Positions 47,389 to 57,606 of a stretch of 64,000 bases of DNA are shown in pieces. Positions within the stretch are counted from its first letter, which is position 1. Every line of letters starts with the position of its first letter. The notes below the pieces were generated by a model. It saw only the letters and a program-made list of their open reading frames with translations, was not told the origin of the DNA and did no database searches. The DNA is from Armatimonadota bacterium (GTDB lineage Bacteria; Armatimonadota; SYMT01): contig JBKBRF010000003.1 of assembly GCA_046292385.1 (NCBI GenBank), positions 262,225-326,224 of the forward strand, in the 5' to 3' direction. The translations under genes and the position numbers were made by a program.

Positions 47389-48321
47389 TCACCCCGGGAA
47401 GCGGCTCCGGATCGCCTCCAGCACCTGCCGGAGCTGCGCGAGGTGGTCCGGCGGGAGATCGACCAGCGGCGGGCGCACCGGGCCGGCCCCTTCCGGGCCG
47501 AGGGAGCCGAGGAGGTTCACCGCCGCCTTGACGTAGGAGACCGCGTAGCCCTTTCCGAGGTCGCGCACGCGGCAGATCGGCTCGATGGCGTGCGCCAGGA
47601 TCTCCCGCTGGGCGGCGCTGTCGCCCTCCAGCACCGCGCGGTAGAAGCGGAGCGTGACGTGCGGCGCGAAGTTGGAGAGGGCGGAGGAGTAGCCGCGGCA
47701 GCCGAGGGCGTAGAAGCTGGGGAAGGTCATCTCGGCGGTCGGCATGCCGTTCATGTAGGCGAGGCGGTCGCCCATCTCCAGCACCATCCGACCGAACTGC
47801 TCCAGGTTGCCGTGCCCGTCTTTGAAGCCGACCACGTTCGGCAGCTCCGCCAGCCGCGCCACGGTGCGCACCCCGTAGAGCGCGTTGTCCCGGTGGTAGA
47901 GCAGCACGCCCAGCCCGACCGACTCCGCTACCTCCCGCACGTGGCGGTAGAGCCCCTCCTGCTCCGGCTGGATCAGGTACGGCGGCAGCAGGAGCAGGCC
48001 GTCCGCCCCCGCCTCCTCCGCCGCGCGGGCGAAGCGCCGGGCGATGGCCGTGCTGTAGCCGCAGCCGGCGACCACCGGCAGCGCGCCGTCCACCGCCTCC
48101 ACCGCCGCGGCCACGGCGTCCTGGAACTCCTCCGGCGCCAGGTTGAAGAACTCCCCGGTGCCGCCGCAGACAAAGATCGCGTGGACGCCGGTCCCCTTCA
48201 TCCAGCTGACGTGCCGCTGGAGGGCGTCGAGGTTCAGAGAGCCATCGGGATGGAACGGCGTCACCGGAAAGCCGAAGACGCCTTCCAGGCGGGGCTGCAG
48301 CTCCTGGGGAGTGAGTGGCAC
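47389..48321 (-). CDS. kdgD: 5-dehydro-4-deoxyglucarate dehydratase (DHDPS family)
   Basis: FPVTPF, GGTGEFF, LLLPPYL, YHRDNA, GFKDG.G, GMPTAE, YSSA..NF.P, GYAVS.VKA. Confidence 0.9.
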   Translation of the reverse strand: MPLTPQELQPRLEGVFGFPVTPFHPDGSLNLDALQRHVSWMKGTGVHAIFVCGGTGEFFNLAPEEFQDAVAAAVEAVDGALPVVAGCGYSTAIARRFARAAEEAGADGLLLLPPYLIQPEQEGLYRHVREVAESVGLGVLLYHRDNALYGVRTVARLAELPNVVGFKDGHGNLEQFGRMVLEMGDRLAYMNGMPTAEMTFPSFYALGCRGYSSALSNFAPHVTLRFYRAVLEGDSAAQREILAHAIEPICRVRDLGKGYAVSYVKAAVNLLGSLGPEGAGPVRPPLVDLPPDHLAQLRQVLEAIRSRFPG

Positions 48322-48553
48322 GGGATCGCTTCCTCCTCGCGGGCGCGCGGCGCGATCGCCGCGGGGAGAGAGCCTCCCAGGCGGGGATTCGCGGAAGCCC
48401 TGCCCGCTTCCTGCCCGACCTCCGGGGTTGCAGGTTCCAGGTTCCAGGTTGGCGGACTTGCTAACGCGGGATGGGGTTCCAAACCTGCTAGCCTGCGATC
48501 AGCCAACCTGCAACCACCGATCCGACTGCCGCCGGAGGACGCAGCGCGATGGA

Positions 48554-49702
48554 CTACGTCGCGGAGAGCGCGTGGCGGGTGGCGCGGGCGACCACTTCCC
48601 CGGCGTCTTCCCAGGCCAGGATCCGGTTTACGGCGTCAAGCCGCTCCCGCAGCGCGAGGGGGTCCTGCGCCAGCACGCCGAGCGCCGCTTCCGCCACCGC
48701 GTCCGCCGGCACGCCGAGGCACTCCGGGTAGAGCTCCTCACCTGTCAGGATGTTCGGGAGCGAGATGTAGGGCGAGGCGATCCCCTCCGCGCGCAGCCGG
48801 GCGAGGCCGGGCACGTGGAAGCGGTTCCACTCCCAGCGCTGCAGGGGCGAGCCGTGGTAGGTCACCACCCCGGGACAGCCGAGGATCGCCGCCTCGAGCG
48901 CCGCGGTGCCGCTGCAGATGAGGCCGAACCGCGCGCGCGCCATCGTCTCCCGCGCGTTCCGGCTGGTCCGCACGCCGGGGAAGCGGCGGGCCACCAGGCG
49001 TGCCACGTCGTCTCCCGCGCAGGAGACGACCGGCTCCAGCTCCGGGTAGCGGCTCCGGATCTGCCGCACCGCCTCGAGCTGCACCGGCAGGCTGTAGCGG
49101 ACCTCCAGGTCGCGGCTCCCGGGCAGCACCGCCACGATCGGCTCTCGCTCCCCGGCCGGAAGCGGCTGCGCCTCTTCCCGGCAGGTCTGCAGCCCCGCGT
49201 GCGCGCCGGGGAAGACGGTGCCGCCCGCCGCCTCGAAGAGCCGGGCCTGGTGCGGGAACGGGGTCACGATGGCACGGAACGCCTTCGCCGCGGCCGCGTG
49301 CACCCGGCTCTGACCGATGAAGTTGGGGCCGGGCGGGAGGTAGCAGACGTGCGGCAGCTCCTTCAGGTGCGGGCCGAAGCGGTGGAGGAAGCGGAGCGGC
49401 TGCCACACGTCGACCGCGATCACGCACCCCGGCAGCGGGTCGCGGCTGCGGGCGGCGGCGCGGCGCATCGTCAGCAGGATCGACGGCACCTTCGGCAGCA
49501 GTCCCGAGATCCCCATCGCAGAGAGGGAATCGGTCCGCGCCAGCAGCCGGATGCCCGCGGAGCGCATCCGCTCGCCGCCCAGACCCACCAGCTCCCGGTC
49601 CGGAAAGTGGTTCCGCAGCGCCGGTGCCAGCGCCGCGCCGAGGCGGTCGCCGGCGTGGCCCTGGGTGATGATGAGGAGCGGAGCGGAGGCGGGAGAGCGC
49701 AT
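48554..49702 (-). CDS. lpxB: Lipid-A-disaccharide synthase-like glycosyltransferase (GT19)
   Basis: GLGGERM, G..G, LPGSR..E, CSGTAALEAA.LG.P.VV.Y, YISLPNIL.GE..PE; divergent N-terminus. Confidence 0.7.
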   Translation of the reverse strand: MRSPASAPLLIITQGHAGDRLGAALAPALRNHFPDRELVGLGGERMRSAGIRLLARTDSLSAMGISGLLPKVPSILLTMRRAAARSRDPLPGCVIAVDVWQPLRFLHRFGPHLKELPHVCYLPPGPNFIGQSRVHAAAAKAFRAIVTPFPHQARLFEAAGGTVFPGAHAGLQTCREEAQPLPAGEREPIVAVLPGSRDLEVRYSLPVQLEAVRQIRSRYPELEPVVSCAGDDVARLVARRFPGVRTSRNARETMARARFGLICSGTAALEAAILGCPGVVTYHGSPLQRWEWNRFHVPGLARLRAEGIASPYISLPNILTGEELYPECLGVPADAVAEAALGVLAQDPLALRERLDAVNRILAWEDAGEVVARATRHALSAT

Positions 49703-49943
49703 GAGGTGGAGACCGCGCGAGGGGAGATCACCTCGTTGTATCCCACGGCGCCTGCACGGCACCGGCGCTCATGCCTGCTCGCCTCTCTCCCCGAGCGGAA
49801 ACACGCCGCCGGCGGTCCAGCTTCGTGAACAGCGGTCAAAGCGGTAGCAAGCTTCCGCACTCCAGATCCTGCTCCGAGCAAGTCTCCCGCTGGGCGAATT
49901 ACTGCCTGGCGCCGGCTGACCCGAGGTCAGACGAGGGGTGGCG

Positions 49944-50921
49944 CTACCGCGCGGTGGCGGCGAGGTACTCGTTCAGCGTCTCCACCAGGCGCTCTTGCTC
50001 CGGCTCCGGCTGGCCGGCGGCGAGGCGGACTTCGGTGCCGTTTTCCGCCAGCAGCGCCACCTCGGTCGTCGTCGGTGTCGAGTGGTGGTAATCGTGGTGC
50101 CGGGGAGGGTGGCGGCGTCCCACCTGGCTGTTCTGGCTCAGGGTGACGTAGGCCTGGGCGCCTTTCGGCAGCTCGTAGACGCGCTCGGTGGTCCAGAGCG
50201 GGAAGCGGCGGCGGACGGTGAGCGTGCGCCGCTCCAGCGTGATCTCCTCGCGGGAGGCGGCGCGGAGCGCGGTGGCCGCCATCGCGAAGCCGGCGAAGAA
50301 GAAGATGGCGTAGAACCCGAGCAGGGCGAGCGCGAACCAGCCGAACGCCGTCGCGAAGCCGCCGATCATCATGAACGCGTGAAAGGTGGTGAACGAGAGC
50401 CAGCCGAACGCGAAGACGCCCATGAAGGCGGCGGTGCCCCAGTTGGGGCGTGCCGTCTGCAGCTCCAGCCGGTGCGGGAGGGCGCTGCCGGCGACCTTCC
50501 CCACTTCCCGCCGAGCCGCCGCTTCCGCCAGGCGGTCGCGGAAGCGGTCGACGTCGACCACCCCCGCCGGATCTCCGGGTGAGAGGAAGCCGAGTCGCTG
50601 GCGCAGGCCGGTTTCCAGGCCGTCCAGCTCGGTGCGGGCGTCGCGCACCGCGTCGAGGAGCCGCTCGTCGGCGTTCGGATCGGCCTGGAGCTCCGCCTCC
50701 ACTTCCGCGCCGTCCCGTGTCAGCTCCGGAATCAACTCCAGCCGCTCCCGGCATTCCTTCGCGCTCAGCGTTTCCGGCGGGTCGAGCAGCGGGCTGTACC
50801 GCGCCAGCCACTGGCTTGCCCGCAAGCGCAGCCGCGGCGAAGGCTCGGGACGAGACGCCGCGCCCTCTTCCGTGTCGGTGCGCCACTGGAAGCGCGTAGA
50901 GGGATCGGGGGGAGTGCTCAT
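49944..50921 (-). CDS. Hypothetical membrane protein
   Basis: Helical N-terminus, two TM segments, beta-rich C-terminus with a His-rich loop. Confidence 0.6.
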   Translation of the reverse strand: MSTPPDPSTRFQWRTDTEEGAASRPEPSPRLRLRASQWLARYSPLLDPPETLSAKECRERLELIPELTRDGAEVEAELQADPNADERLLDAVRDARTELDGLETGLRQRLGFLSPGDPAGVVDVDRFRDRLAEAAARREVGKVAGSALPHRLELQTARPNWGTAAFMGVFAFGWLSFTTFHAFMMIGGFATAFGWFALALLGFYAIFFFAGFAMAATALRAASREEITLERRTLTVRRRFPLWTTERVYELPKGAQAYVTLSQNSQVGRRHPPRHHDYHHSTPTTTEVALLAENGTEVRLAAGQPEPEQERLVETLNEYLAATAR

Positions 50922-51006
50922 GACCGGGTGGGGAGAGGCGGGGCGCGCATGCTCGCCTATAATCTACCGTAGCCGGCGCCTCTCGGCCGGCGGCGACCTC
51001 ACCCCC

Positions 51007-52200
51007 ATGCTCGATCTGGAAACCTTTCACCTGCAGGTCCGGGAGCTGGCTCGGCGCGAGATCGCGCCGAAGATCCGGGCGCTCGACGCGGAGGAGCGGT
51101 TCGACCCGGAGATCCTGCGCGCCCTCGCCGAAGCGGGCCTGCTCGGCATCTGCCTTCCCCGCGCGCTCGGCGGGCAGGGCCTGAGCTACCACCACCTGGC
51201 GGTCGCCTGCGAGGAGCTGGAGCGGGTCGATACCTTCGCGCGGGTGATCCTCTCCGTCCATCTCTCCCTCAACAGCCTGGCGCTCTACCAGTGGGGCAGC
51301 GCGGACCAGTGGGAGCGGTGGCTGCGGCCCCAGGCGCGGGGGGAGAAGACCGCCGCCTTCGCGCTGACGGAGTCGGAGACCGGCACCGACGCCGCCTCGG
51401 TCCGCACCCGCGCAGAGCGGGTGGAGGGCGGCTATCGCCTCACCGGCGACAAGGCGTGGATCGGGCTGGCCGACGTGGCGGACCATTTCCTGCTCTTCGC
51501 CACGGTCGATCCGGAGCGGAAGCACCGCGGCATGACCGCCTTCCTGCTGCGCCGCGGCGCGGAGGGGCTGCGGACCGAGTCGATCCGCGGCAAGCACGGG
51601 ATCCGCGCCGGAAACGTGGGACGGATCTTCCTCGACGGGGTCTTCGTGCCGGTGGAAGACCGCCTGGGCGAAGAGGGGGAGGGGTTCCCGATCGCGATGT
51701 CGGCGCTCGACAACGGCCGCTTCGGCGTGGCGGCCGGCTCGCTCGGCATCCTCGAAGCGTGCCTGGAGGCGTGCACGGAGCGGTGTCACGCGCGCCACAG
51801 CTTCGGCGTGGAGATCGGGCGCCACCAGCTCGTCCAGCAGATGCTGGCGCGGATGGTGGCGGGGCGAGACGTCGGCCGGCTGCTGGTCGACCAGGTGGCG
51901 GAGATGAAGTGCAGCGGCGTGCGGCACACGCGGGAGGTCTCGCTGGCGAAGTGGCTGAACTGCGACGCCGCCCATCGCGCCGCGGACGACGCGCTGCAGA
52001 TCTTCGGCGCCCACGGGTTCAACCACGACCACCCGGTGGAGCGCCACCTCCGCAACTGCCGCGCCGCGGTGATCTACGAGGGGACCCGGGAGATCCACCA
52101 GGTGATTCAGGCGGAGTACCTGCTCGGCTACCGGCAGGACCGTCCGCCCCGGCGGCCTCTGCCGCCGTACCCGTTCCCGGAAGACGTCGATGGGGCTTGA
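51007..52200 (+). CDS. Acyl-CoA dehydrogenase
   Basis: FALTE...GTD, G.K.WI, GEEGEGF, LD.GR, Q..G.HG, IYEGTREI. Confidence 0.93.
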   Translation: MLDLETFHLQVRELARREIAPKIRALDAEERFDPEILRALAEAGLLGICLPRALGGQGLSYHHLAVACEELERVDTFARVILSVHLSLNSLALYQWGSADQWERWLRPQARGEKTAAFALTESETGTDAASVRTRAERVEGGYRLTGDKAWIGLADVADHFLLFATVDPERKHRGMTAFLLRRGAEGLRTESIRGKHGIRAGNVGRIFLDGVFVPVEDRLGEEGEGFPIAMSALDNGRFGVAAGSLGILEACLEACTERCHARHSFGVEIGRHQLVQQMLARMVAGRDVGRLLVDQVAEMKCSGVRHTREVSLAKWLNCDAAHRAADDALQIFGAHGFNHDHPVERHLRNCRAAVIYEGTREIHQVIQAEYLLGYRQDRPPRRPLPPYPFPEDVDGA

Positions 52201-53335
52201 GGGCTCCCTGCGAGGGCTGCGGGTGCTCGACTTCTCCCGCGTCTTCGCGGGCCCGGTCTGCACGCAGATGCTCGCCGACCTCGGCGCCGAGGTGCTCAAG
52301 ATCGAGCGCCCCGGGCTGGGCGACGACACCCGCGCCTGGGGCCCGCCGTTCGCGGGCGGCGAGAGCGCCTACTTCCTCTGCCTCAACCGTGGGAAGCGGT
52401 CGCTGATCCTCGATCTCGCCGATCCGGACGACCTCACCCGCGCTCGCGCCCTGGCGCTCCGGGCCGACGTGGTGGTGGAGAACTTCCGCGCCGGCTGGAT
52501 GGCGGAGCGCGGCCTCGGCTATCCGGAGTTGCGGGCGGAGCATCCGGGGCTGGTCTACTGCTCCATCACCGCCTGCGGCCAGGACGGGCCGGACGCCGCG
52601 CTGCCGGGGTACGACTTCCTCACCCAGGGGCGCGCCGGGCTGATGAGCGTGACCGGAGCGCCGGACGGCCCGCCGATGAAGGTCGGCGTGGCGGTGAGCG
52701 ACCTGATCACCGGTCTGCACGCCGCCACCGGCATCCTCGCCGCGCTGCGGGAGCGGGACCGGACCGGCGGCGGCTGCTACCTCGACCTCTCCCTGCTCGA
52801 CTGCCAGGTGGCGGGCCTGGCGAACGTGGCGAGCAACTACCTGGTCTCCGGCGAGCACCCCGCGCGGTACGGAAACGCCCATCCGAACATCGTGCCCTAC
52901 GAGGTGTTCGCCGCCGCGGACGGGCCGCTGATCCTGGCGGTGGGGAACGACACGCAGTGGCGCCGCTGCTGCGCCGCCCTGGAGCGGCCGGAGTGGGCCG
53001 ACGACCCGCGCTTCCGCACCAACGCCGCCCGGGTGGAGCACCGCCACGCCCTGGGAGCGCTGCTGAAGGCGGTCTTCACCCAACGCCCGCGCGTAGAGTG
53101 GCTCGCGCGGCTCCAGGACGCCGGGGTTCCGGCCGGTCCGGTGCAGAGCGTGGACGAGGTATTCCGCGACCCGCAGCTCCTCGCCCGCGGCATGCTGCAA
53201 GAGATGGATCACCCCACCGCGGGACCACTCGCAGCCGTCGCCAACCCGCTCCTCCGCGCTGCCACGCCCCCCACCGCACCGCCGCTCCTCGGAGAAGGTG
53301 GAGACGAGCTGGCGGAGCGCTGGCTTGCCGGGTAA
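52190..53335 (+). CDS. Class III CoA-transferase (CaiB/BaiF)
   Basis: L.G.RVLDFSRV.AGP, GDDTRAWGPP, NRGKRS, ENFR.G, GYD, GN.HPNIVPY. Confidence 0.93.
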   Translation: MGLEGSLRGLRVLDFSRVFAGPVCTQMLADLGAEVLKIERPGLGDDTRAWGPPFAGGESAYFLCLNRGKRSLILDLADPDDLTRARALALRADVVVENFRAGWMAERGLGYPELRAEHPGLVYCSITACGQDGPDAALPGYDFLTQGRAGLMSVTGAPDGPPMKVGVAVSDLITGLHAATGILAALRERDRTGGGCYLDLSLLDCQVAGLANVASNYLVSGEHPARYGNAHPNIVPYEVFAAADGPLILAVGNDTQWRRCCAALERPEWADDPRFRTNAARVEHRHALGALLKAVFTQRPRVEWLARLQDAGVPAGPVQSVDEVFRDPQLLARGMLQEMDHPTAGPLAAVANPLLRAATPPTAPPLLGEGGDELAERWLAG

Positions 53336-53596
53336 CTACGTGCCCGGCCGGGCGCGTCCTTCCAGGTAGTCGCAGATCGCCGCTTCCCCCTGGAGCAGAG
53401 TGCCGTTGCGCGTGTCCCAGAGCGAGGGAGTGCGATTGTTTCCGAAGAGCTTCTCCATCACGGCGTCCTTCTCCGGATGTCCGGGCGGCGCGTTGATCGC
53501 GATGAAGTCGAGCGCCAGCTCGGTCAGCTTCCGCCGGACCGGCTGCGAGTGCTCGCACTCTTCGAACTGCCAGAGGATCAGCATCGGGGGCTCCAT
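53336..53596 (-). CDS. Glutaredoxin/GST N-terminal-like protein
   Basis: LWQFEECEHSQPVR (CxxS), TPSL.D, I.DYLE. Confidence 0.75.
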   Translation of the reverse strand: MEPPMLILWQFEECEHSQPVRRKLTELALDFIAINAPPGHPEKDAVMEKLFGNNRTPSLWDTRNGTLLQGEAAICDYLEGRARPGT

Positions 53597-53613
53597 GGGT
53601 CAGTCACAAAGGA

Positions 53614-53642
53614 AGCCGGCGCCCCCGGGGGAGGCGCCGGCT
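53614..53642 (-). terminator. Hairpin downstream of the metalloprotease gene
   Basis: AGCCGGCGCC / GGCGCCGGCT stem followed by TCCTTTG on the minus strand. Confidence 0.5.
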
Positions 53643-53753
53643 GCGCTACCGTGTACCGGTTTCAGCATGGCAGGTTGCGGGTAGCGGTACGCTCCACTGC
53701 CCACAGCCGCACCCGGCCTAAACGCATGACGGTGACCGGGGAGCGGTGCGCTG

Positions 53754-55130
53754 CTACTTACCCCGGCCGTTCACGATGGTGACTTCGTAGCCGGACTCCC
53801 CGGCGGACTTCACGGAGATGGTGACGCCGTCCTTGCGGTGACGGAACGTCTCGCCCGGCGTCCACACCCCACCCTCGTCGTTCGGGTCCGCGTCGTTCGG
53901 AGTTCCGTCCTGGACGATCGGCTCCGGCATGATCGGCGCTCGCACTACCCGGTGGATCAGCACGCCTTCCGCGGGAAGGATCGCGTCGTACCCGGTCTGG
54001 CGGCGCACTTCCACGGTGTAGAAGATCTTCGAGCCGCGGACCGGCACCTTCACCATCAGCGGCCCGCTCTCTCCCGGCGCGCTCACGGAGCCCAGCGTCA
54101 CCCGGGTCTTGCGGCCTCTTTTCGCCGTTACGACCCGCTTCGGAAGCCATCCCGCCTGCACGCGGTTGTACGCCAGCGTTCCCTGCGGAATGAAGCCGTG
54201 CGGCTGCTCGAAATGCTGATGGGTATCGCTCATCACGTCCCAGAGTGAGTCGTAGTCCCAGCCGCTCGGACTGTGCGAGTGACCCCAGTTGAGCGTGTGC
54301 CCCATCTCGTGGGCCAGGGTGCCGGGATGGACCATGCCGTCGAACGCGGTGGGCCAGATCATGATGTAGCCCTGCGACGGCTCCTTCGATCGCGGCCCGC
54401 GGTCGAAGTACCCCCCGATCGCCAGGATGTTCTCGTGAACCGGGACATTGAAGACGAAGTGCAGGTTGTCGTAGCTGCTCAGCACCTTTCTGCCGACCAG
54501 CGCTTCGGCCGCCTCCATCACGAGGCCGAAGTCGGGCGCGTGGCCGAAGACGTACTCCGCCATCGGCTTCGGCAGGTCGAGCCAGCCGGTGACCGCCGAG
54601 TTTTCGACGTCGAGCTGGCCGTAGCTGATCTCCCGGTAGAAATCCGCCAGGCCCGGCCGCTGCCCGCTCATCAGCGTGTTGATGTGCTCGGGGGGAAACG
54701 GGGTGGCGCCGTTCGTGCCCGCGAAGCGGAGGAGCAGGGTGAGCACGCGCCGCTGCCCCACCGTGTGCGGCACCTTCAGCCTGGGCCGTTTGGCGAGCGC
54801 TCGCACCGACTGCGCCCGCACCACCACGCCGCGCCCGTTCGGACCCGGCTTCCGCTCCCCGAGCACCTCCAGCTGTTGACCGCCCAGCGCCTCCGCATTC
54901 ACCCGTGACGCGGCGGGCAGCTCCAGCTGCACCCGCTCTCCGGAGTCGGTGCGCAGGTAGACCGTGGGCGCCGGATGGGCGCCGGTGCGGACGCAGGTCC
55001 AGGACAATTCCGCCGAGCCCTGCAGGCGGACCGGGGCGGCGCCCCGCGCCGGCATCCCGGCGAGCGAGAGCCCGGCGAGGGCAGCTACGGCGAGCGGAAG
55101 ACGATAACGATTCAAGAGAGACAACAAAAC
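53754..55130 (-). CDS. Secreted M6/M11-like zinc metalloprotease
   Basis: Signal peptide; FYREISYG; HEMGHTLNWGH; WDVMS; VE.R..TGYD..LP..GVLI; start approximate. Confidence 0.82.
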   Translation of the reverse strand, partial: VLLSLLNRYRLPLAVAALAGLSLAGMPARGAAPVRLQGSAELSWTCVRTGAHPAPTVYLRTDSGERVQLELPAASRVNAEALGGQQLEVLGERKPGPNGRGVVVRAQSVRALAKRPRLKVPHTVGQRRVLTLLLRFAGTNGATPFPPEHINTLMSGQRPGLADFYREISYGQLDVENSAVTGWLDLPKPMAEYVFGHAPDFGLVMEAAEALVGRKVLSSYDNLHFVFNVPVHENILAIGGYFDRGPRSKEPSQGYIMIWPTAFDGMVHPGTLAHEMGHTLNWGHSHSPSGWDYDSLWDVMSDTHQHFEQPHGFIPQGTLAYNRVQAGWLPKRVVTAKRGRKTRVTLGSVSAPGESGPLMVKVPVRGSKIFYTVEVRRQTGYDAILPAEGVLIHRVVRAPIMPEPIVQDGTPNDADPNDEGGVWTPGETFRHRKDGVTISVKSAGESGYEVTIVNGRGK

Positions 55131-55259
55131 AACCCCTCGGCGTCCGACGAGCCGGACGCAAACGGGGGTAGGTTCGTTCTCCCAGGGCCTGCTTCCTTGC
55201 ACGTTGCAGATTACAGGTTGCAGGTTCGAACCTGGCCCCGGCAACCTGCAACCTGAATG

Positions 55260-56408
55260 CTAGACCGTCCGCAGTTTCCGGAGGCTCTGGAGGACGGGGG
55301 GCAGGACCGCCACGACCTGCTCGATCTGCTCCGCGGTGTTGTCTCGCCCCACGGTGAGGCGAAGGGCGCCGTGAGCTTCCGGGCGGGTGTAGCCGATGGC
55401 GAGGAGCACGTGGCTCGGCTCGATCTCTCCGCTGGCGCACGCCGCGCCGCTGCTCCCCCAGATGCCGCGCATGTCGAGGTTCAGGAGCAGCGGCTCGCCT
55501 TCGACGTGGGGGAAGCGGAAGCTGGCGTTGTTCGGGAGGCGCTCCGTCGGGTGACCGGTCAGCTCCGCATCCGGGACTGCCGAGAGGATTCCCTCGATCA
55601 GCCGATCCCGCAGCGCTTGCTCCCGCTGCGGCTCTCCCTCCTGAAGCGCCTGATAGGCGAGCTCCAGCGCCTTGCCGAGCCCCACGATCCCGGGCACGTT
55701 CTCCGTGCCGGCGCGCTGGCCGAGCTCCTGGTCTCCGCCGGTGATCTGGCTCGCCAGCGGCACGCCGATCCGCCGGTAGAGGAGCCCCACCCCCTTGGGA
55801 CCGTAGACCTTGTGCGCCGACATCGAGAGCAGGTCGCACGGGAGGTCGCGCACCTGGATCGGAATCTGTCCCACGCTCTGGACCGCGTCGGTGTGAAACA
55901 AGATCCCGCGCTCCCGCGCGAGCCGGCCGATCTCGGCCGCCGGCTGCAGCGTGCCCACCTCGTTGTTGCCGTGCATCACGCTGATCAGGGTGGTCCGCTC
56001 CGTGATGGCGTCCCGCACCTGGTCCACGGCGACCCGTCCGTACCGGTCCGGATGCAGGTAGGTCACCCGGAAGCCCTGCTGCTCCAGGGCGCGGGCGGTA
56101 TCGATCACGGCGTGGTGCTCCACCTGCGTGGTGATCAGGTGGTCGCCCCGCTCCCGCAGCGCCCACATCACTCCGCGCAGCGCCAGGTTGTCGCTCTCGC
56201 TGCCGCCGCTGGTGAAGAGGATCTCCTGCGGACGGCAGCCGAAGAAGGCCGCCGCCAGCTCTCGCGCCCGCTCCACCGCCAGCCGGCTCTGGCGCCCCAG
56301 GGAGTAGAGGCTGCTGGCGTTGCCGTACTGCTCCGTCAGGTACGGAAGCATCGCCTCGAGCACCTCGGGAGCGGGACGGGTGGTGGCGGCGTGGTCGAGG
56401 TAGATCAT
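55260..56408 (-). CDS. iscS: Cysteine desulfurase (NifS/IscS)
   Basis: YLDHAATT, FTSGGSE.DN, NNEVGT.QP, HTDAVQ, SAHK.YGPKG, RAGTEN, SSG.ACASG. Confidence 0.93.
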   Translation of the reverse strand: MIYLDHAATTRPAPEVLEAMLPYLTEQYGNASSLYSLGRQSRLAVERARELAAAFFGCRPQEILFTSGGSESDNLALRGVMWALRERGDHLITTQVEHHAVIDTARALEQQGFRVTYLHPDRYGRVAVDQVRDAITERTTLISVMHGNNEVGTLQPAAEIGRLARERGILFHTDAVQSVGQIPIQVRDLPCDLLSMSAHKVYGPKGVGLLYRRIGVPLASQITGGDQELGQRAGTENVPGIVGLGKALELAYQALQEGEPQREQALRDRLIEGILSAVPDAELTGHPTERLPNNASFRFPHVEGEPLLLNLDMRGIWGSSGAACASGEIEPSHVLLAIGYTRPEAHGALRLTVGRDNTAEQIEQVVAVLPPVLQSLRKLRTV

Positions 56409-56480
56409 GGATGGAAGGGCGCTCCGCCGGGATTCCGCGGGGGGACACAGGCCGCCAATCGCGTCTCGGGAGGACGCAGG

Positions 56481-56915
56481 TCATTCCCGGGGGGCGGCGG
56501 ACGACTGGCTCCCGGGGTCCGGCCGGTGGGCGCGGCGATAGAGGTAGATCCCCAGCGCGAGGGCGGCGCCGAGTGCGAGCAGTGCGGCGGCGACTCCCAT
56601 GCGCAGCAGGCGCGGCAGCACCTCCGAGAGGCCGTAGTTGGAGGCGAGCAGCACCAGGAACCCGGCGACCACCGCCGCCACGATCCAGGGGGAGACGCGG
56701 CGGTACGGCTCCACCACCGTCTCCGGCACCGCATGCCGCTCGCAGTAGTCGTCCACGATCTCCTTGGCCGCCTTGACGTCGAGATCGGTCGATTCCGCCA
56801 GGCCGCGGATCAGGTGTAAACGCGTCAGCGGGGCGCGACCGGTGGCGACGGCCGTCTGCACCTGCGCATCCAGCCAGTTTTCGTAAAGCTCGCCGGGAGC
56901 GGTCTGCCGCACCAT
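56481..56915 (-). CDS. Hypothetical membrane protein
   Basis: GGAGG RBS; 'LIRGL....LDVKAAKEIVDDY' (L7/L12-like) plus two TMs. Confidence 0.6.
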   Translation of the reverse strand: MVRQTAPGELYENWLDAQVQTAVATGRAPLTRLHLIRGLAESTDLDVKAAKEIVDDYCERHAVPETVVEPYRRVSPWIVAAVVAGFLVLLASNYGLSEVLPRLLRMGVAAALLALGAALALGIYLYRRAHRPDPGSQSSAAPRE

Positions 56916-57080
56916 TCGGCACCTCCCTTTCCCCTCAGGTTACCGCAACACTTCCGCGCGGGGCGCCTGAATCCTCTTTACCACCCTGCTCCCCGCTCCA
57001 CGCTCGCGGAGCAGGGAGACTCGCGCTTCCGAGCGAATGCCCTGGTACTTGTCGCAGAACCCGGATAGGAGACTGAAAGC

Positions 57081-57530
57081 ATGGCGGAGATTCCCGGCGC
57101 CCGGCACGTGCGGGCGGAAGATGTGCCGACCTCGACCTTCGGCTGGGGCCAGATCAAGTTCCTGTGCGACCCGCGAGTCGCCAACGCCGAGCACATTACG
57201 GTCGGCCACGTTAAGCTCGGACCCGGCCAGGGGCACCTGCGCCACAACCATCCCGGCTCGGAAGAGATCCTCTTCATCATCCGCGGAGAGGGCGAGCAGA
57301 TGGTGGAAACCGCCCTGGAGGAGAACGGCGGGGAGCCGCGCTTCTTCAGCGTGAAGGCGGGCGACCTGGTCCACATCCCCGCCTCCGTCTTCCACCAGAC
57401 GGTCAACACCGGCGCCGAGACGCTGGAGCTGCTGGCGGTCTACAGCCCCTGCGGTCCGGAAGAGGTGATCCGCTCGCTGCCGGATCACCAGGAGCTGCCC
57501 GCCGGTCCCTGGCCGGAGCCGGGCGAGTAA
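57081..57530 (+). CDS. Cupin domain protein
   Basis: H.HPGSEE...I..GEG and GD.V.IP...FH...N. Confidence 0.88.
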   Translation: MAEIPGARHVRAEDVPTSTFGWGQIKFLCDPRVANAEHITVGHVKLGPGQGHLRHNHPGSEEILFIIRGEGEQMVETALEENGGEPRFFSVKAGDLVHIPASVFHQTVNTGAETLELLAVYSPCGPEEVIRSLPDHQELPAGPWPEPGE

Positions 57531-57606
57531 CCTCGCGGCTCCACGCCGCGTCTAAAGGAAGCAGCCGCCTGGCTCGTGCCGCTCGCCGACCCTGGGAGTG
57601 CTCCAG

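Noticed and set aside
46634..47390. CRISPR-like recurrence of CTCTGCGGTGAATCAGGTTCG
   Set aside because: Copies are degenerate, irregularly spaced and partly inverted, and there are no cas genes; treated as a REP-like family.
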